In this document: piece after piece, positions 16,666 to 30,274 of the stretch
Layout of the letters: each line of letters opens with the position of its first letter
How positions within the stretch are numbered: the stretch's first letter is position 1
Origin: Eledone cirrhosa
Taxonomy: Eukaryota
DNA length: 64,000 nucleotides
Direction of reading: 5' to 3'
Assembly: GCA_964016885.1 (NCBI GenBank)
Contig: OZ024743.1
Coordinates: 57,226,001-57,290,000, forward strand
The notes under the pieces: generated by a model
Seen by the model: the letters and a program-made list of their open reading frames with translations, nothing else
Told to the model about the DNA's origin: nothing
The model's database searches: none
Program-made: the position numbers and the translations under genes

Positions 16666-17542
16666 CAGTCGTGGTATGTGTGTTTTTTATATAGTGATGT
16701 ATGTCCATTAGAGATAACAATAGAAATTTAAGTGTATGTTGACAGTGATGCTGCCTTTGTTAGAGACAACAAGGGAAGTTTCTTGGGTAGTCGATCGGAC
16801 GTGCAATTGAAGTGGGGACAGTGACCTCACCCAAACAATTGAATTCGAATGAATAAAGACCAACAAGGAAACAAACTGCTAATTACATGGGAATGCTTTT
16901 GTGGTCTTGTCCGCTGGACGCAGCCCCTCTACCGCCGCACCCTAGCCCCAGAGCCCATTAATCCCCCACCTTCCCCCTCCCCATTCTTCTGTGATACTAG
17001 AGTTCTTGCTATTCCCTCCCCTTCCCGTTTTTTCTTTTTTCTCTATATTTTCCTATTTTACGTTCCATTCTTTTTAATCTAAATTTCTTTTTTTTCTTTT
17101 TCTATTAAACTGTATTTTTTTATAATATATTCCATAAATAAAATTGATTAACTTTTAACCATAGTATGCAACGAAACTATATTAGCATATTATTTTACAG
17201 AGTTCATAAAGTAATTTGGCAATGTTTTTCGGTGAAATTGTATAGGTGGACATGTTTCGTATTGCATATACCATTTAAAGAGAGAAACAAAGTAAAAGGT
17301 GCGCTCCAAGCGAATGCGAGAGAGTAAGGAAATAGCGCCGTGTCTACCTTCTATCAGTGTCTGGCTAGCCAAGTTGACTATATTGTGATTGCGTGAAGCG
17401 AAGAAGACAGAGAAAGTTTGCTGTTGGTGAAACCAAGGCATATTTTCGTCAGAATTGACGAATATCTCTCACGATACGAACATACGCAGTGTTTTCGTAT
17501 CAAAGCAAATTTTACCAAAGTATAATTTTGCTATATATATAA

Positions 17543-17686
17543 CTAGCAGAATGACCCGGCGTTGCTCGGGATTTGCTCTAGGGTTCTTATATATTTGATA
17601 TATATTTATCCTTATCGAGCCTCGTGAAATAAATACATTTGTTTATATTTTATTATTGTGTATGCAAAAATATCTGTACACGAATA

Positions 17687-17730
<44 letters not shown>

Positions 17731-18853
17731 TAACAAATTAAAGTTTAAGAAAAGAATCGCTGCTTTCACCCTTAACGGGATCTTCTACCTAAAAGCAGTA
17801 TGAAGTACACTAAGACTAACTGATGTAATCGTTGGCCTTGTTTGTTTATATTTTGTTTTTGTGTATGCAAAAATATCTGTCAGTGATGCATGTGATTATG
17901 TAATCGCCAGCCTGGTTTGTTTATATTTTGTTTTTGTGTATGCAAAAATATCTGTACACGAATATCTATATTAAAATAACATATTAAAGTTTAAGCAAAG
18001 AATCGCTGCTTTCACCCTTAACGGGATCTTCTGAAACTAAAATAAAAAAATCAATCTGTGAACGCAGATGTAAATATTTCGAAAAACGTTGCAACCGAAG
18101 GAAAACAGGAAGACGATACTTTGGTCGTGAAGATGTTCCCTGGCATAAGAATATATATATGTACACACACTATATATATATACATACACACACACACACA
18201 CTCTGATCGCGTCATAATGACGTAATGCAGAGAGTCAGGCATACAGACAGATATTATAAGGGCGCGACGTCATATCTATGTATCTATCTAAAAAGAGAAA
18301 TATTAAGAGAGAGAGAGAAAGAGAACGCTAAGTCGCCTAATGCGGTCCCTAGGGCATTGAGAATTAAAATTTTTTTTGCTCAATAGGACCATAATTATTA
18401 CATGTGCAAAGTTTGAAAACAATCGGTTGGGTGTTTTTCGAGTTTTAGTGATTGAACGGACAGACATACAGACAGACAAACAGACATTCTCTGTTTTCCA
18501 TCTTTCTGTTCCGCGGTGGCAAACCCCTCATGTGGGATGCCACTTGCACCGACACTTTCTGCAGCCGCAACCTGGTGCTGAGGGAGCCAAACTCCTCAAA
18601 TACCAGTCGCTCTCCGACTGGTTTGCGGTCGCACCCCTGGCAGTAGAGACTTCTGGTGTCCTCGGCCACAGGGCTATCTCCTTACTTACCACCATAGGCG
18701 CTGAGCTGGCCAGCTGCAGATGTGAGCCCCGCGAGTTGGAGTGGCTTTTTCAGCGCGTCTCCCTTGCCGTTCTCCAGGGAAACGCCTTCTCCATTCTGTC
18801 CGCCGGGCTGTGGGTGGGCCCCATTGCGTACCGTTGTAGTTGTTTTATACAGA
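17543..18853 (-). mobile_element. Non-autonomous Helitron with nested CRE fragment
   Basis: Minus-strand 3' end: hairpin CCCGAGCAACGCCGGG then CTAG|T. 5' TC near 18853 and (CAGA)n subterminal repeat. Homologous to 25448-26109. Confidence 0.75.
18498..18840 (+). mobile_element. 3' fragment of a CRE-clade non-LTR retrotransposon (RLE domain)
   Basis: GKPLMWDATCTDTF...KLLKYQSL...PLAVETSGVLG...FQRVSLAVLQGNAFSIL; flanked by TGTTTT direct repeats. Confidence 0.8.
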
Positions 18854-18878
18854 TATTATAATTACGTTGTAGTAGAAG

Positions 18879-19317
<439 letters not shown>

Positions 19318-19557
19318 TCGTCAGTATTAGAATGACAATCAAGATCTACAAATAATTAGTAATATAGATTAGATGTCAACAGTGGTGTGTTGTCTGTAAG
19401 TGACACTTCGTCGACAGTGGTATAATGTCTATGAGCGACAGTAAGTCGACAGTGTAGGTATAATTCCATACAGTGCGGGTTTGACAAGTTGGTATCTATT
19501 AGCAGTAGCGCTAACACCGTGATGCATAATAGGGGCGTATATGAAAGCATATATGTA

Positions 19558-19940
19558 TGGTTTCTGATTTAGGCACAAGGCTAACAATGGGGAGTTAATT
19601 AAATAAATCCTAGTGCATTATTAGTGCTTTAATTTATCAACTCCATAAGGATGAAACAGTTAACCTCAGCTGGATTTAAACTCAGAGGGTAATGAATGGG
19701 CCGTAAACACTCTGCCACAAAGCATGTTGTCCGACGTTAGTTTTATATATAATGGTTTCTGATTTAGGCACAAGACCAGCAATTTAGAGAAGGGAAAGTC
19801 GATTAAATCAATCTCAGTGAGCTTCTGGTACTTTATTTTATCAACCCTGTAAGGATAAAAGACAAAGCTAACCTCGGTGGAATTCGAACTCAGAACGTAA
19901 ATGGCTATAACTCTATGCCTCAAAGTATGTTGTCTAACGT
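19558..19940 (-). mobile_element. Two tandem Nin/Deu-like SINEs
   Basis: Two reverse-complement copies (tggtttctgatttaggcacaag...ctggtactttattttatcaacc...gaactcag). Confidence 0.65.
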
Positions 19941-19968
19941 TATTTTTTATATATAATAAGAATATATA

Positions 19969-20172
19969 CGAAGTGGTGCTGAAAAGTTCCTGGTTTTGGG
20001 TAAAAAAACACAGGAGGATCAGTTAATTATGATTTTCTTCAACATATTCTCCTCTTTGATTGCAGCGGTCCTTCAGCTTTTTCTAAGCCTTATAAAAATA
20101 ATTCGGAGGTTTGAGACTCCAACCAGGCCTCTGTAGCAGTGATCAAGCCATGAACTTTTCAATACTACCTCG
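19969..20172. mobile_element. Mariner-derived MITE
   Basis: TIRs CGAAGTGGTGCTGAAAAGTTCCTGG / CCATGAACTTTTCAATACTACCTCG with TA TSD. Confidence 0.8.
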
Positions 20173-21094
20173 TATATATGAATTTATACACCCCACGCCC
20201 CACCAAAAATAAAGTCCCTATATGTATTTATATGTTTGTATCAATAAATGGAAGAAGTTAGATGAATTTGAAAATATCAGAATTGAATAAGTCCCTATGA
20301 AAAATTCTCCGAGTAGAGGATTTCATGGTGGTGCTGCACCATTAATACTTTCTGTAAAATATATTATTAATCTCATCTTAATGTTTCCTTAGTTTTTGTA
20401 TCCATATTCTCATTATCAGTCTTTTGCATATTTACGTAGTTATAATCTGCAAATATTTTTCCTTCCTAATTTTCCTTCTCTGTTAGAAACAGAGGCGGCA
20501 AAGTGACGGAGTCGTTAAAACGTCAAATAGGATGCTTTGGCTTTCTACGTTAAAATCCCGCTGAGATCATCAATTTTGCTTTTCATCCTTAAGTGTCAGT
20601 CTAGAACTGGGGTCACTGGAAGAAATTAGCTGAGTTCAGAACTGTAGAGGGGTGGGCTCGGCCTGCTTTAAATGCCCAAGACGGTCCCCTAACGACTCCG
20701 GAAGGGGTTGAAGGTCAGTGAACAGATAGATGACTAGAAGGGTGGGTGAATCTATTTGAGACTAGGCACAAAGGACCTACATTTTAGAGGCAGGTGTGTA
20801 TTTTATACCTGCGTGAAAATAGATTCAACAGAGGCTTGAAACCGTCTCGCCGTCTCGTCTTTTTAGTTTATCTCTTGCTCTACTGTGGCCACCACATCAT
20901 TAGGAAAACATTAAAACAATAATAAGGAGTTAAAAAAAGGTGTTGCTCTTTTTGTTTAACCCCAGGTCAACCCTGATCATCTACTCACATGTGAAAAGAC
21001 GTCCCAACCGTAATCAATCCTTCTTTTTGTATATCTAAGACTTTAAAATCAATATCTCCTTCCGTTTTCAAGATGGTAGGGTGTTGTGGAGGAA

Positions 21095-21600
21095 GAGGTG
21101 AATTGGCAAAATCGTTAGAGTATCACAGACAATGCCTTGTGTTATTTGTTCCAACTCTTATTCTTCTGAATTGGCAGAGACGTTAGAACGTTGGTAGTTG
21201 TTTTAGTTTTTTATGCTCTGAGTTCAAATCCCAGGTTCAATTTCGACTTTCATCCTTTCGTGGTCGATAAATATAGTAGATTGCGGCATTTGATTCGACA
21301 CTGAGCATTCTGAGTTTAAATCCTGCCTGTTTCATCCAGGAGTTGCAACTGTTTCATCCAGGAGTTGCAACTGGCAGATAGTATTAGCAAGGGAAAGACC
21401 ATTGGAAATATGTTTTTCTTGGTCCGGTCTGACGGTCGGCTAATTTCATTTACGTTCTGAGTTCAAATTCCACTGTTATCAACTTTCTTTTTCATCATTC
21501 GTGGGGTATGTGGGGGTGGGGATATGTGTGTTAAAATAATGTACCAGTGAAATACTCCTCTCACCAAAATAAATTTCCGTTACTATGCCTATGTTAGAAA
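21095..21600 (+). mobile_element. Cluster of SINE fragments
   Basis: Repeated heads (aattggcagag..gttaga), B-boxes (tctgagttcaaatccc) and Nin-like cores. Confidence 0.55.
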
Positions 21601-22048
21601 TTTTATAAGGGGTATTTGACTATTATTTCTAGCAATTCGAGTGACCAAGAAGAGATTGTTCTCGTTGGCTCCACTATTGATTATCTTGGTTGAATATTTC
21701 AAGAGATAGGTATATGTATGTAGGGAGGTGGAGGTGGATTAATGAAGGTTAGATTATCGGACTAGAGATAGGATTAGTGAGAGGTTAGCGCAGTGTAAAG
21801 GTGAGTGGAGTGTAGGGGGTGAGATAAGTGGAGTGTTGGGATAAAAGCAGGTGATAATTGTTGAGATAATCGATAAATGTGATGGAGACAGCTGTAATTT
21901 ATTGGTGTAGCATATAAATGAGAGACGATGTGTGTGTATGTGTAGGAGATCTTATACTTACGTGTTATGGCTGAGTGGTGGAAGGAAAGACACACCAACA
22001 TTTTTGTTATTACTATGTACATAGTAATACGCATTACAGTACATAGTA

Positions 22049-22120
<72 letters not shown>

Positions 22121-22124
<4 letters not shown>

Positions 22125-22735
22125 TTAGTTTATATATATCGATTAGTTTAGCCAAACAAAAGATAATGGTCAAGAAAAAGGGATGGAGAGAGTTGTTCTG
22201 AGTATGACTGATGTGCTGAAATGTAATTTGATTGGTTATAAATTAAATTAGAATAGTCACGTGAACAAGTATATGAAATTTCGCGCCCGTATTTGGGAAT
22301 TTATTTTGTAGCCTTTTAGAGACTTTTTAAATAAAAAGAAATTCAAACACAAACTGGCGCGAAAGCTGATGTGCTTATTCACGCCACTGAATCAACCAAC
22401 CAAACTTCACTCATATATGAAAAAACAACCTGTGCCTCCCCCTTTGTTTGAAGGCAAATATAATAAGAACTTTGAAACGCGAACTGGCGCGAAATTTATT
22501 ATATTTATTCACCAGCCAACCAAATTACTTCTCTAAAAAGCTAGCATTTCGAGCCACTTTTTTCCATATAAAACAGAAGTAACATTCAAAGACCAACCAG
22601 ATGTGAGAAAAACCACAAACCCTCCATCTGAATTCTACTTTTGAAAAGCAGAAGAACTGCGAAACCGGTAAAGGAACCAAATAAATATATATTTAAAAAA
22701 AAGACTCCAGTTGCATTTTCGATTTCATCTTTTTT

Positions 22736-22740
<5 letters not shown>
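22121..22740 (+). mobile_element. pLTR-like element with 5' inversion and hammerhead
   Basis: 22323-22740 is nearly identical to 33470-33893; 22130-22322 is an inverted copy of ~33280-33440; TA flanks. Confidence 0.75.
22633..22676 (+). ncRNA. Minimal type I hammerhead ribozyme (U3-A8 core)
   Basis: UUC-ua-CUU UUGAAAA GCAG-aagaa-CUGC GAAA CCGG UA AAG-GAA; identical copy at 33784-33827. Confidence 0.75.
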
Positions 22741-22787
<47 letters not shown>

Positions 22788-23129
22788 GTTATGTATATAT
22801 AAATATATGTGTGTGTGGAGATACGTACATTATGCTGGAGATCAAATAACATGAAAGTTAATCGTTCTAGTGATGGCAGTAGTAGTAGTAGTAGTAGTAG
22901 TTATCGCTCCCTACATTCATTGTTCGTGTATTTAGTTCTGCTGATATATATATATATATATATATAGGAAAAGAGTCAGGACCCCGACGATGAGCTGTGG
23001 CTGTTTCGACAGCTGTCACATATGAATGTATATATAGTGTATTTTGCAATACACTGTATGCTTAATTAAAAGCATTTCGAAGACTTTACGCTATTGTTTT
23101 AGAGTAGTGACAGTCTCACTTACTTTAAA

Positions 23130-23222
23130 TTTTCAGCAAACAGTGGAGATAAAGCTGACAGAGCACTCTTTCGTACTTTTTAGTACTTATCAAAGCTAAG
23201 TACTCCACCTGTTTGCTGAAAA
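23130..23222 (-). ncRNA. Type I hammerhead with extended stem I (copy A)
   Basis: AGCU UUGAUAA GUACU-aaaa-AGUAC GAAA gagugcucug UC AGCU, inside the outer helix UUUUCAGCAAACAG.UGGAG/CUCCA.CUGUUUGCUGAAAA. Confidence 0.7.
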
Positions 23223-23450
23223 TCATGAATGTATGATTCTTATAGAATTCTAGTAATAATCAGGAACTGATTATACAGAGCGGTTGCCGGTCAAGCAGAA
23301 ATTGAAAATTAGAATTGGTGCTCTGAAATAGCGATATATATATATGAATGTCTATATAGTGTATTTTGCAATACACTGTATGCTTAATTAAAAGCATTTT
23401 GAAGACCATACGCTATTGTTTTAAAGTAGCGACATTGTCGCTTACTTAAA

Positions 23451-23541
23451 TTTTCGGCAGACAGGGGGAGATAAGTTGACAACGCTGTTTTGTACTATTT
23501 GGTACTTATCAAAACTCACTTCTCTCCCCATCTGCCGAAAA
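23451..23541 (-). ncRNA. Type I hammerhead, copy B (G12A, probably inactive)
   Basis: UGAGUU UUGAUAA GUAC-caaaua-GUAC AAAA CAGCGUUG UC AACUUA. Confidence 0.6.
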
Positions 23542-23765
23542 TTATGTGTGTTAGATTCTTATAGAATTCCAGTAACAATCAGGTCTTCAAAATGCTTTTT
23601 AATTAAGCATACAGTGTATTGAAAAATACACTATATATACATTCATATATATATCACTATTTCAGAGCACCAATTCTAATTTTCAATTTCTGCTGGGCCG
23701 GAGACCGCTCTGTAAAATCAGTTCCTGATTGTTACTGGAATTCTATAAGAATCCAACACACATAA

Positions 23766-23855
23766 TTTTCGGCAGATGGGGAGAGAAGTGAGTTTGATAA
23801 GTACCAAATAGTACGAAACAGCGCTGTCAACTTATCTCCCCCTGTCTGCCGAAAA
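23766..23855 (+). ncRNA. Type I hammerhead, copy C
   Basis: GAGU UUGAUAA GUAC-caaaua-GUAC GAAA CAGCGCUG UC AACU; outer helix UUUUCGGCAGA.GGGGAG/CUCCCC.UCUGCCGAAAA; 1-nt deletion in stem I. Confidence 0.7.
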
Positions 23856-24030
23856 TTTAAGTAAGCGACAATGTCGCTACTTTAAAACAATAGCGTATGG
23901 TCTTCAAAATGCTTTTAATTAAGCATACAGTGTATTGCAAAATACACTATATATACATTCATATATATATCACTATTTCAGAGCACCAATTCTAATATAT
24001 ATATATATATACTTACAAGCACATATACAT

Positions 24031-24166
<136 letters not shown>

Positions 24167-24297
24167 CTACATATATTTTTCTCTCCCTCTCTTCGAGTTT
24201 ATCTCATTCCTTCTGTGTTATACAAACAGCATGAACACGTTTTTATTTTCTTCTTTTTCGTGAAACCTTTACAGTTGATGACGGTTGGAAAAATAGA

Positions 24298-24332
<35 letters not shown>

Positions 24333-24639
24333 TACCTACCTACCTACCTACTGCTGTGATATTTTTACGATTCTAGATTAGAATATAAGCTTATATTATA
24401 TGAATGCATATGTAATTTGTTTATTTTTAATAAATATACGTAATCTCGCTATAAGTATCATGTCATAGCTACCACGTGGCAGTAATGTTTCAGGATTTTT
24501 ATCCATCTTCGTGATGATAACACTGCTTGGCACTGAGACTAAAATAAACCATCACTTAAATATATATATTGCATATGAATTATCTACTGGAAATGCTTAT
24601 TCAAATACAGCGCAGGCTTGAAAGGCCGGTGTTAATTAG

Positions 24640-25075
24640 TAGTAACACTAACACTATTTCGTATCTTTACAAGTTCACAATTCATCCTTGTATGGAATAC
24701 TGTTATCATATTAGGGAAGATGTTCCATTTTGTCACTTGAATCTCATCGATTGGGTACAAAAGCGAGTCTCTAATTTAATTGTCCTCTCTCTAGCTTCAA
24801 CTCTTCAACCCTTGTCACATCAATGTGACATCACCAGTTTTAGTCTTATCTATTGTTATTACCATAGGAAGTGCTCTGATGAACTTTCTCTTTTGGTTCC
24901 AGATCAGTTTGTGCCATCTCGCCTAACTCAAAACTCACAACGTCTTTATCCGGATGCTGCTCTGGTTCCTTAAATAAGGAAGTCTTTCTATGATCGTAGC
25001 TTTTTACTACGAACTGCCAGACTTTGAAACTCTATTTCATCTCATTGTATTCCTTCTTCTTATAACATGAACTCT
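24640..25075 (+). pseudogene. CR1/Jockey-group LINE ORF2 C-terminal fragment
   Basis: LYKFTIHPCMEYCYHI...LIDWVQKR...LQPLSHQCDITSFSLIYCYYH.KCSDEL matches the CR1-Zenon-like thumb/C-terminal pattern. Confidence 0.75.
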
Positions 25076-25081
25076 TTCATT

Positions 25082-25262
25082 CAGACCTGCCAACCTCTAA
25101 AAATTTAAACGGGGAATACTATGAAAAACGTGCCTCCAAAACGGGGAGAAATTAGGCAAAAAGAGTAGATTTTACATAATGAAAGCTATACCCATTTTCA
25201 CTTTGGAGTGGGTGAGAGATCTCTTTGGGGTGGGTGAGGGACGGGGAGAGATGACAGGTCTG
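25082..25262 (+). mobile_element. hAT-like MITE (same family as 5003-5187)
   Basis: CAGACCTG TIRs; CTTTCAT repeated in both flanks. Confidence 0.7.
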
Positions 25263-25447
25263 CTTTCATGTCTAAAGTAAATTAATTCCTTTCGTCTTAA
25301 TTTTTCCTTCTTTATAGTCCCTTACACTAAGTAGTTTTACACCTTGTTGGGAGTCTCAAGCCCCCCCCCCCCCCCAAGCTCTAAAAACCTAGCACGATTG
25401 ATAATAAAAAACGTATATGAAAACATATACAATATGTTTATGTATAA

Positions 25448-25592
25448 CTAGCAGAATGGCCCGGTGTTGATGGGGATTTGCTCTAGGGTTCTTATATATT
25501 TGATATATATTTATCCTTATCGAGCCTCGTGAAATAAATACGTTTGTTTATATTTTGTTATTGTGTATGCAAAATATTTGTACACGAATATA

Positions 25593-25646
<54 letters not shown>

Positions 25647-26109
25647 TAACAGATTAAAGTTTAAGCAAAGAATCGCTGCTTTCACCTTTAACGGGATCTT
25701 CTGAAACTAAAAAAAATCAATCTGTCAACGCGGAAGTAAATATTTCGAAAAACGTTACACACTATATATATATATACACACCATATATATACATATATAC
25801 ACACATACACATATAGCGTCATAATGTCGTAATGCAGACAGCCAGACATACAGACAGATATTATAAGGGCGCAACGTTATATCTATGTATCTATCTAAAA
25901 AGAAAGACTAAGAATTATATAGAGAGATCGCTAAATCGCCTAATGCGGTCCCCAGGGCATAGAAAATTTGAAATTCTTTTTGTTCAAAACACTCACAGGA
26001 CTATAAGTATTACATGTGTAAAGTTTGAAAAAAGTGGGTTGGGTGGTTCTCGGGTTTTAGGGAGTCAGACTGATAGACAAACAGACATTCTCTGTTTTAG
26101 ATATATAGA
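25448..26109 (-). mobile_element. Non-autonomous Helitron
   Basis: A|TC 5' end at 26109, hairpin + CTAG|T 3' end at 25448; colinear with 17543-18853. Confidence 0.8.
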
Positions 26110-27073
26110 TAATCATACACGGTATGGGTGTTTTCTGCTGTGATCCTTATGAGAACGCCAGATACCAGTGTTTCGGGATATTTCCCCATCGTTATTGACA
26201 TTTACTTACTCAGTACTGAAGCAAAATAAGCTGATAGTTTGTATAGATTTTTGCATATTTATGGAGATACTCATTTACATAGAGTTAATAAATGAAACAA
26301 ACAAAACACAGGAGGCAATTAGGTTCACGCTTGGTAGAATAAATATATATATATACACAGACTCACATATACACATATATGTGTGTGTGTTTCATTTATA
26401 TATATATATATCCACACACACTCTCTCACACACACTGTCTAATTCTAATTCTAATAGATTTATTGTTAGCTAGTATTTAACAGAAAATATACAGACATGA
26501 GTGCACTAATAACTAGAAACGAAGGCGAATTATAAATACAGGACAAAGTTACAGACATGTGTCCTTTCTGAGAGACAGAACAAGAGAGCAATGTAAAGTA
26601 GATATATAGATATATAGAGAATCTGTGAAGCAATTTCTATTATTGCCACAAAGCAGTTTCAATCCTGTAGAAGAAGAAGAAGAAGGAGAAGGAGACGGAG
26701 AAGAAGAAGAAGAAGAAATCGAAAGTATGTGGTGGAAGAGCAGTATAATTCTGATGTTTACATCACTGAACGATATTTCTGAAACAAGAGACACTTAACT
26801 GGAAAGTAAGATTTATTTAAACCACTTGTGTCTTCTCAGTGAATTGTTCACTTAATAACCTTCTTTCAGTATAACTAAACTAAATAGATATTATTATATA
26901 AAGAGAGAAAAGTGAGGTTTCACTGTAACTGCACAGAAATGACAGCAGTTACTCTTTAATATTTATGAAGTTACAACAGTGTTTAGATTGTGAAGTGTCA
27001 TTTGGTTTAGTAAAGTTATTTGATCTGTAATGTGTGTGTGTGTGTGTGTGTTAAACTAAAAACCAGTGCATTA

Positions 27074-27225
27074 AGGCGGCGAGTTGGCAGAGTCGTTGGA
27101 ACGTCAGATAGAATGCTTTGCGGTGTGTGTACAGCTCATAGCGCTCTGTGTTCAAATCCAACCGAGGCCTTTCATCATTTCAAGGTTGATGAATAAAGCA
27201 CCAGTTGAATAATGGGTCGATTCTT
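27074..27225 (+). mobile_element. SINE, Nin/Deu-like
   Basis: aaggcggcgagttggcagagtcgtt head, gttcaaatcc B-box, gcctttcatc core. Confidence 0.6.
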
Positions 27226-27382
27226 CCTCTATACTTTCTTTCTTACTTCTGTATGTCAGTTTGTTTGTCTGTCTGTCTGTCCTTCACACTCTTTTACTTT
27301 CTTGCTCTGCCTCCCGAAGAAATTGGCTGTGTTTTGACCGGTAGAAGTTAAGGGCCTATGGCTTTAGTCATAGCACGAAGCC

Positions 27383-27620
27383 GTATGGCTTAGTGAGTAA
27401 AGTGTTTTGATTACAATCATAAGGTCGACATTTCGTCTTTCGAGCCAGGCGGCATGTTGTGTCCTTGTGCAAGACCTTTATTTCACATAACTCTGGCCTA
27501 TACAACTGAAACATAAAATGAGTGGCGATGTCACTGGTACCAAGCTATAAAAGACTTAGCCTTTTTCTTGGAGAACATCAGTTGAGTGGACAGAGGAGAC
27601 TGACATGCATGGGTGATTGC
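27383..27620 (+). mobile_element. tRNA-derived SINE
   Basis: gtatggcttagtg head and gtgtccttgtgcaagacctttatttcac core. Confidence 0.55.
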
Positions 27621-28076
27621 TGGTATCTCTCTCCCCTTTCTCTTTCTTTCTCTCTCCCACACAAATCTAGGACCGTACCACTGAAAAAGACTTTCCAGAT
27701 GCAAATCCATGGGCAATCATTGTACATTTCAATAACATATAGTCATTACATTCACTTTTATATTACAACAGCAACAAGAATAATGATTTTTAATTTACGC
27801 ACAAGACCAGCAAATTTGTGAGGAGGAGAGAATCGATTATATCAACCTCAGTACTTCAATGGTAATATATTTTATCGACCTTGCAAAGTCGATGAAATAA
27901 AGCTGGATTTGAACTTAGAACGTAGAGCCAGAACAAATGTATTTTTTCTAACGATTGTGCAAATTAACTGATCCATCATACAACAATAATGGGCTACGTA
28001 TATGTGTACGTGTGTGTGCCTGTATGCATGCGCACACAAACACATATACTATGTTTGTATGTACACAGACACACGC

Positions 28077-28168
<92 letters not shown>

Positions 28169-28303
28169 GTATATATATATATATTCACACACATATGTAT
28201 ATGTATACATATGTATGTAAACACACTCGCTCATATTATGTATATATGTATACAATGTATGTGAACAGACACGCGCTAATATATATATTGGTAAATATAT
28301 ATT

Positions 28304-28799
<496 letters not shown>

Positions 28800-28981
28800 C
28801 GTTATTCCGGGTTGAATCGGAGGTAACCACAGTAAGTAAGGTACTCAATACATAGCAGAGTATAAAAGTTTTAATATAGATGAGATTCTACAGGACTAGA
28901 ACTGTTTCATTCTTTAGAAATCATGATGATTTCTAAAGAATGAAGCAGTTCTAGTCCTGTAGAATCTCATCTATATTAAAA

Positions 28982-28985
<4 letters not shown>
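28800..28985. mobile_element. Fold-back insert, family of 3657-3890
   Basis: ~55-bp palindromic arms centred ~28925 at the TGATGA core. Confidence 0.65.
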
Positions 28986-29030
<45 letters not shown>

Positions 29031-29276
29031 GCATACACGTACATATATTTGCTATCTCTATCCCATTACCATATCACAAGAGTACTTCCATCCTTAGTAT
29101 GTGTGCCACAGTGATGAAGTCCTCTAATATTTCGTTGTCAGTCCACTGACAAGGTATTAGCCTACATTCTGGCATCTTCGATGTTTCTGTCAAATAAGCA
29201 AATATACAGAGAAAGGCCAGTAAAAGTCATCTTATATACATGTATATTTATGTATAGATCTATGTATGTACACACG

Positions 29277-29417
<141 letters not shown>

Positions 29418-29684
29418 ACACACACACACACATATGTATATATTTATGTATACATCTCTTTCTCTTTGTCTCTCTATGTATATGTGTATATATTTATGTA
29501 TTTATGTGTCTCTCTTTGTATCTGCCTAACTGTCTCTTTCTCTCGCTCACCTCCTCTCTCTCTGTGTGTGTGTGTGTGTACATTTATACATATATATATA
29601 TTTATGTATATATTTATGCACACACACACACACATACACACATATTATTGTACATTTATACATATATATATTTATGTATACATC

Positions 29685-29798
<114 letters not shown>

Positions 29799-29916
29799 AT
29801 TATATACATGTCTTTATATGTATCTATGTATGTAAATAATCATACCCACATATATGTTTATGTGTATGTATATATATTTTACTTATTCGAATTTGAAAGG
29901 TATGTATGTGTTTGCG

Positions 29917-29949
<33 letters not shown>

Positions 29950-30274
29950 GTAATGTGCGTGCGTATGTATGTCTGTGTGTCTGTGCATTAAATATCCCAT
30001 TTGTTAACATGATGTGTATGTCAGTGTGTACGTGAAATTGTTAGAAATGGCATGTATGTATGTACGTGTGTGTCTTCGTCTTTCTCCATGTATCTTTGTC
30101 GGCTGGTCTGTAAATTTACGCACGTATGTATGCAGGAATGTATGATTTTCTATGAGATTCAAATTCTTCACGGAATTCAAGTCTGTCACAAATCACTTTT
30201 TTTTCTTAGCTTCAAGACATTTCCTGGGGCTTGTAAATACGTATGTTGGGACGTGCATATATGTAGATGTTGTG

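Larger units (their letters stand above)
23020..23996. mobile_element. Retrozyme-like multimer of a ~322-bp hammerhead-containing unit
   Basis: Direct tandem (period 322; 23023 vs 23345), then an inverted ~1.3-mer from 23583; each unit carries a hammerhead inside a long hairpin. Confidence 0.75.

Noticed and set aside
23150-23200. SECIS element
   Set aside because: No GA quartet partner or apical AA; the fold is better explained as a hammerhead on the other strand.
23262-23340. Opposite-polarity hammerhead in the 322-bp unit (CTGATT..AGAGC/GCTCT-GAAA), which would make it viroid-like ambisense
   Set aside because: CTGATT is paired in the AATCAG/CTGATT hairpin, the core is non-canonical and no stem I forms.
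29123-29164. Hairpin + GAAA motif
   Set aside because: Good stem II but core and stem I absent.
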